The notes under the pieces are model-generated. The model was given only the letters and a program-made list of their open reading frames with translations, had not been told where the DNA came from and did no database searches. A stretch of 64,000 nucleotides of DNA from Macrostomum lignano (taxonomy: Eukaryota), in contig NIVC01000420.1 in assembly GCA_002269645.1 (NCBI GenBank), forward strand, positions 186,001 through 250,000, given 5' to 3'. The position numbers and the translations under genes were made by a program. Position 1 is the stretch's first letter. Each line of letters opens with the position of its first letter. Positions 61,231-64,000 of the stretch are shown here, piece after piece.

Positions 61231-62939
61231 GGGCAGGTGTAATCAATTATATCATTATTATTAAGCAGAATAAATCGCGGTTACAAATACGGACCCTTTC
61301 AGTTCTGTTTCTGTCAACCTTGTGCTTTCAGTTTAGCAAGCGTTCGTCTCACCCCCTTTTCCAGTCCTCTCCGCTCTTCCTGCGTTTCCGCGAGCTTCTG
61401 ATTAAGTTCCCGCTTGAACCTCTGACATATCAGAGTCTGCTCAGAAGCTAACACCACCCTCTAACCTCCCCGTTGGATCTGCTGACTCGGTCGTTTTTTT
61501 GTTGCTTCTGACTGAAGCCTGAAGGAACTACAACCTAAGATTTTAGATTGGAGCCACCTCACCTACCGGACGTTAAGTTAGCCGGCGTACGAGAAGTACA
61601 GTAATAAAAGTAATGTTGATGGCAAGACAGGTTCGCAAAACTTCGGATCATCTAAGCCAGTTAATCCCTTTACGCCCCCAGCACACATACAACCCAAGCT
61701 ACGGCTGTTACACAGCTTGCAGAGCATTAAAGAAACCATCAAATCGACATATCGGGAATCATAATTGAGCGCGTAAAACTGGAAGTTCGTCGATTCTTTT
61801 TTTCTAATTCTTTGGAATTCGAAGCACAGCAGATTAACGCTAAATTGTGCTGGCCCAGTCAACTAGGCACTTTGCGTAACACTGTACTACGATAAGAAAT
61901 TCGAGGCCCACAAACACTCCTGTGCGTAGGTTTATGCTCGGGATTCGGCAAAATGACCATTCTTAATTGCCTCCTCGATGGCTGCGCGCCGACAGTCGCC
62001 TTGATTTGCCGCAGTTCTCAAACCACCACTCCACAACTAATAAGGTCTATTATGCGATACGGTCGTAGAATATATTAAAGTAAAAGTCCAAATGGGATGA
62101 AATAACGGGTGAATGAAGCTGATTTACGATCTGATTCTACAATAGTTTCTTTCGCGACATATAAGCTCTTAAGCAATCTCAGTCAAGCATCAATAGGTCA
62201 GATTCCTCAACTGCTAGTTAGCTTCATCATCTATCTAGCAACCGGAAATGACGCACTGTCTCCCTTCTATACGATAATGACAAGTAGAAAGTATGCAGAA
62301 AAATATTACGGTTCTCAGTCATGAAAATCTCCAATATTCACAAGAAAGCCCATTCCAGATTTTGCAATCAGGCACGCTCTTAGCTGTGCGCAAGAGCTCT
62401 CTGATAGAGTAATAATTCTACGCAAAGCCTTGTAAGTCCAGCAATTAACAGATTGACATCTCGTTCACTGCAGAGCCAGATCTGGCCGAACACAAGATAA
62501 CTAGATGTGGTTGCACTCAACTACAAATAGAAAAAGCCTTCAAAGTGCGAGTCTGCACCAGACTCTACTACATCTTCTAGCTGTACCCACAGTCAACAGC
62601 TGATATAAATCACAATCGCAAAATTTATTAATTAGCAATAAAAGCTTAACTAAAAAGAGGGAGCTGAAAAAATGCTGAATAACAAAATTCTAGATAGCCA
62701 AGTGCACGTGATCAACCCATTCTTTATTACTAAGCGGACCTAACTAAAAATAGCATTTGAATAGAAAGGACCTTCCTTTTTCACGGTCAGCTTTCTGTAT
62801 GAGTTCAGCAGGTGCAAGCACGAAGATGCTTGGACATAGAGAAAAGAGACAGTCTTATTCTAAAAATTCTTAGTCTAACTTCTACTTTTTCAAGTCGACA
62901 GAATAGGAAAAAATGTCAAACATCAAAAGACAGACGACG

Positions 62940-63125
62940 CCGAACGACTGTACTTGCGAGATAAAGATGAAGGAGAAAGATTTCCTGCTATCAATGGGGC
63001 TTCTGATCTGAGGGCTCACCGACCGGACAGGCCTAGCTATATGCGGATGGTAAAATGGAAAATAGAATGACAGAAGAAGGATGTGAGAGAAAAGCCAGGG
63101 GGGAAGACCTATAAGCGACCAGACG
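62940..63125 (+). mobile_element. Possible highly decayed non-LTR retrotransposon 3' fragment
   Basis: Weak peptide resemblance only: RLYLRDKDEGE (compare RLYLPRxxGGRG) and EGCERKARGK (compare EGKRxRGRP). Confidence 0.25.
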
Positions 63126-63380
63126 CCAGATTCCAATAGGGATTACTGGGCGCCAAGCTAAGCTGGCAGGGGGTGCGGGCGATATGAGGAGATGGGAAAG
63201 GACTGGGGCGAAACCCGGTCAGCCAATAGACGTGTGTGGGAGACCAGTAAGCCCAAGAGTATAAAATATGCAACATAAGCGGCTGCTATCGCGAAATCAA
63301 ACACTAAAATGTGATTGGAAAAAGTCCAATATCAAGAACTAGGAATTCTAGACTTGACTACATATTTTTATTCAACAGAA

Positions 63381-64000
63381 ATGAACAACGATAGTAATAA
63401 TAATAGCCAATGGACAAGGCCTCGGGACATGATAGTGGACACGGCCGCGTTAACGGGCATCGCACTAATCGGCGTATTCGGCAACGCATTAATCATCATG
63501 TGCGTCATCGTTCACAAGAAGCTAAAGAATGTCACATCGCTATTCGTAGCCAATTTGGCCGGAGCGGACCTGTTATTAGCTGGCTTAGTAACGCCCGGCT
63601 CAATGCGCCTGCTGTGGCGTCAGCGCGGCCTGCCATTTAGCCCGCTGTGCCAGCTATTCGGCGCGGCGCTCTACTTCAGCTGCGCCGCTGTGGTAAATTT
63701 TAGCGCACTGATAGCGCTAACTCGCTATATAGTAATCTGCAAGCCGCACCTCGTTGTTGGCCTATTTAGGCACAAACGAGCCGCTTGCTGGTGCATCGCA
63801 TTATGGAGCTACACTGTACTGCAGGTAGTAGCGCCTTCGGCTGGTCAGTTATTCCAGTACGCCTACAATCCGGCTATCGAGGTGTGCCATTTGAACTATA
63901 CGAAACACCCGGTGGCAATAGCCATATACATCAACTGTTTCTGCTTTCTGCCCTGTTTGACTGCCTGCATTGTTTGCTACGCGCTAATATTCTACGCTTT
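63381..64000 (+). CDS. Class A (rhodopsin-like) GPCR, 5' part (runs off the right edge; absent from the ORF track)
   Basis: Manual translation: MNNDSNNNSQW..IGVFGNALII (TM1 GN)..FVANLAGADLL (TM2 LxxxD)..PLCQ (TM3 Cys)..LIALTRYIVIC (DRY position)..CIALWSY (TM4 W)..EVC..CIVCYALIF (TM5). Loosely resembles melatonin-receptor/Tre1/moody-type sequences. Confidence 0.9.
   Translation, partial: MNNDSNNNSQWTRPRDMIVDTAALTGIALIGVFGNALIIMCVIVHKKLKNVTSLFVANLAGADLLLAGLVTPGSMRLLWRQRGLPFSPLCQLFGAALYFSCAAVVNFSALIALTRYIVICKPHLVVGLFRHKRAACWCIALWSYTVLQVVAPSAGQLFQYAYNPAIEVCHLNYTKHPVAIAIYINCFCFLPCLTACIVCYALIFYA

Noticed and set aside
61560-62650. Short ORFs upstream of the GPCR
   Set aside because: They show no recognisable homology and frequent stops.

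Overview
Eukaryotic (metazoan) genomic DNA, not prokaryotic. GC-rich coding exons with poly-Q/poly-A tracts, short GT-AG introns and a different minisatellite in most introns suggest a free-living flatworm such as Macrostomum lignano (inference, not verified). By hand I assembled ten protein-coding loci with phase-consistent splice junctions: a thioredoxin-domain protein (-, cut by the left edge), a stargazin/TARP-like protein (+), beta-arrestin (-), a divergent beta-tubulin (+), a Na/K-ATPase beta-subunit-like protein (-), an A1CF/RBM47/RBM46-family RNA-binding protein (+), two ankyrin/SOCS-box units (-), SETDB1/eggless (-) and a class A GPCR (+, cut by the right edge). Mobile DNA includes tRNA-headed SINEs, several MITE-like foldbacks and a decayed Crypton-type tyrosine recombinase. 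Most long ORFs in the supplied track are translations of tandem repeats. Leads most worth following: (1) an ATG-less ankyrin-SOCS exon that may get its start codon from the flatworm spliced leader or act as an alternative terminal exon; (2) a beta-tubulin naturally carrying Y167 and A198, both benzimidazole-resistance residues; (3) an inverted SINE pair bracketing three exons in circRNA geometry; (4) the Crypton remnant; (5) intronic arrays built from RFX X-box and MEF2/TATA motifs or from splice-site sequence. Two apparent 1-nt frameshifts may be assembly errors. Repeat boundaries are approximate and were read by eye.
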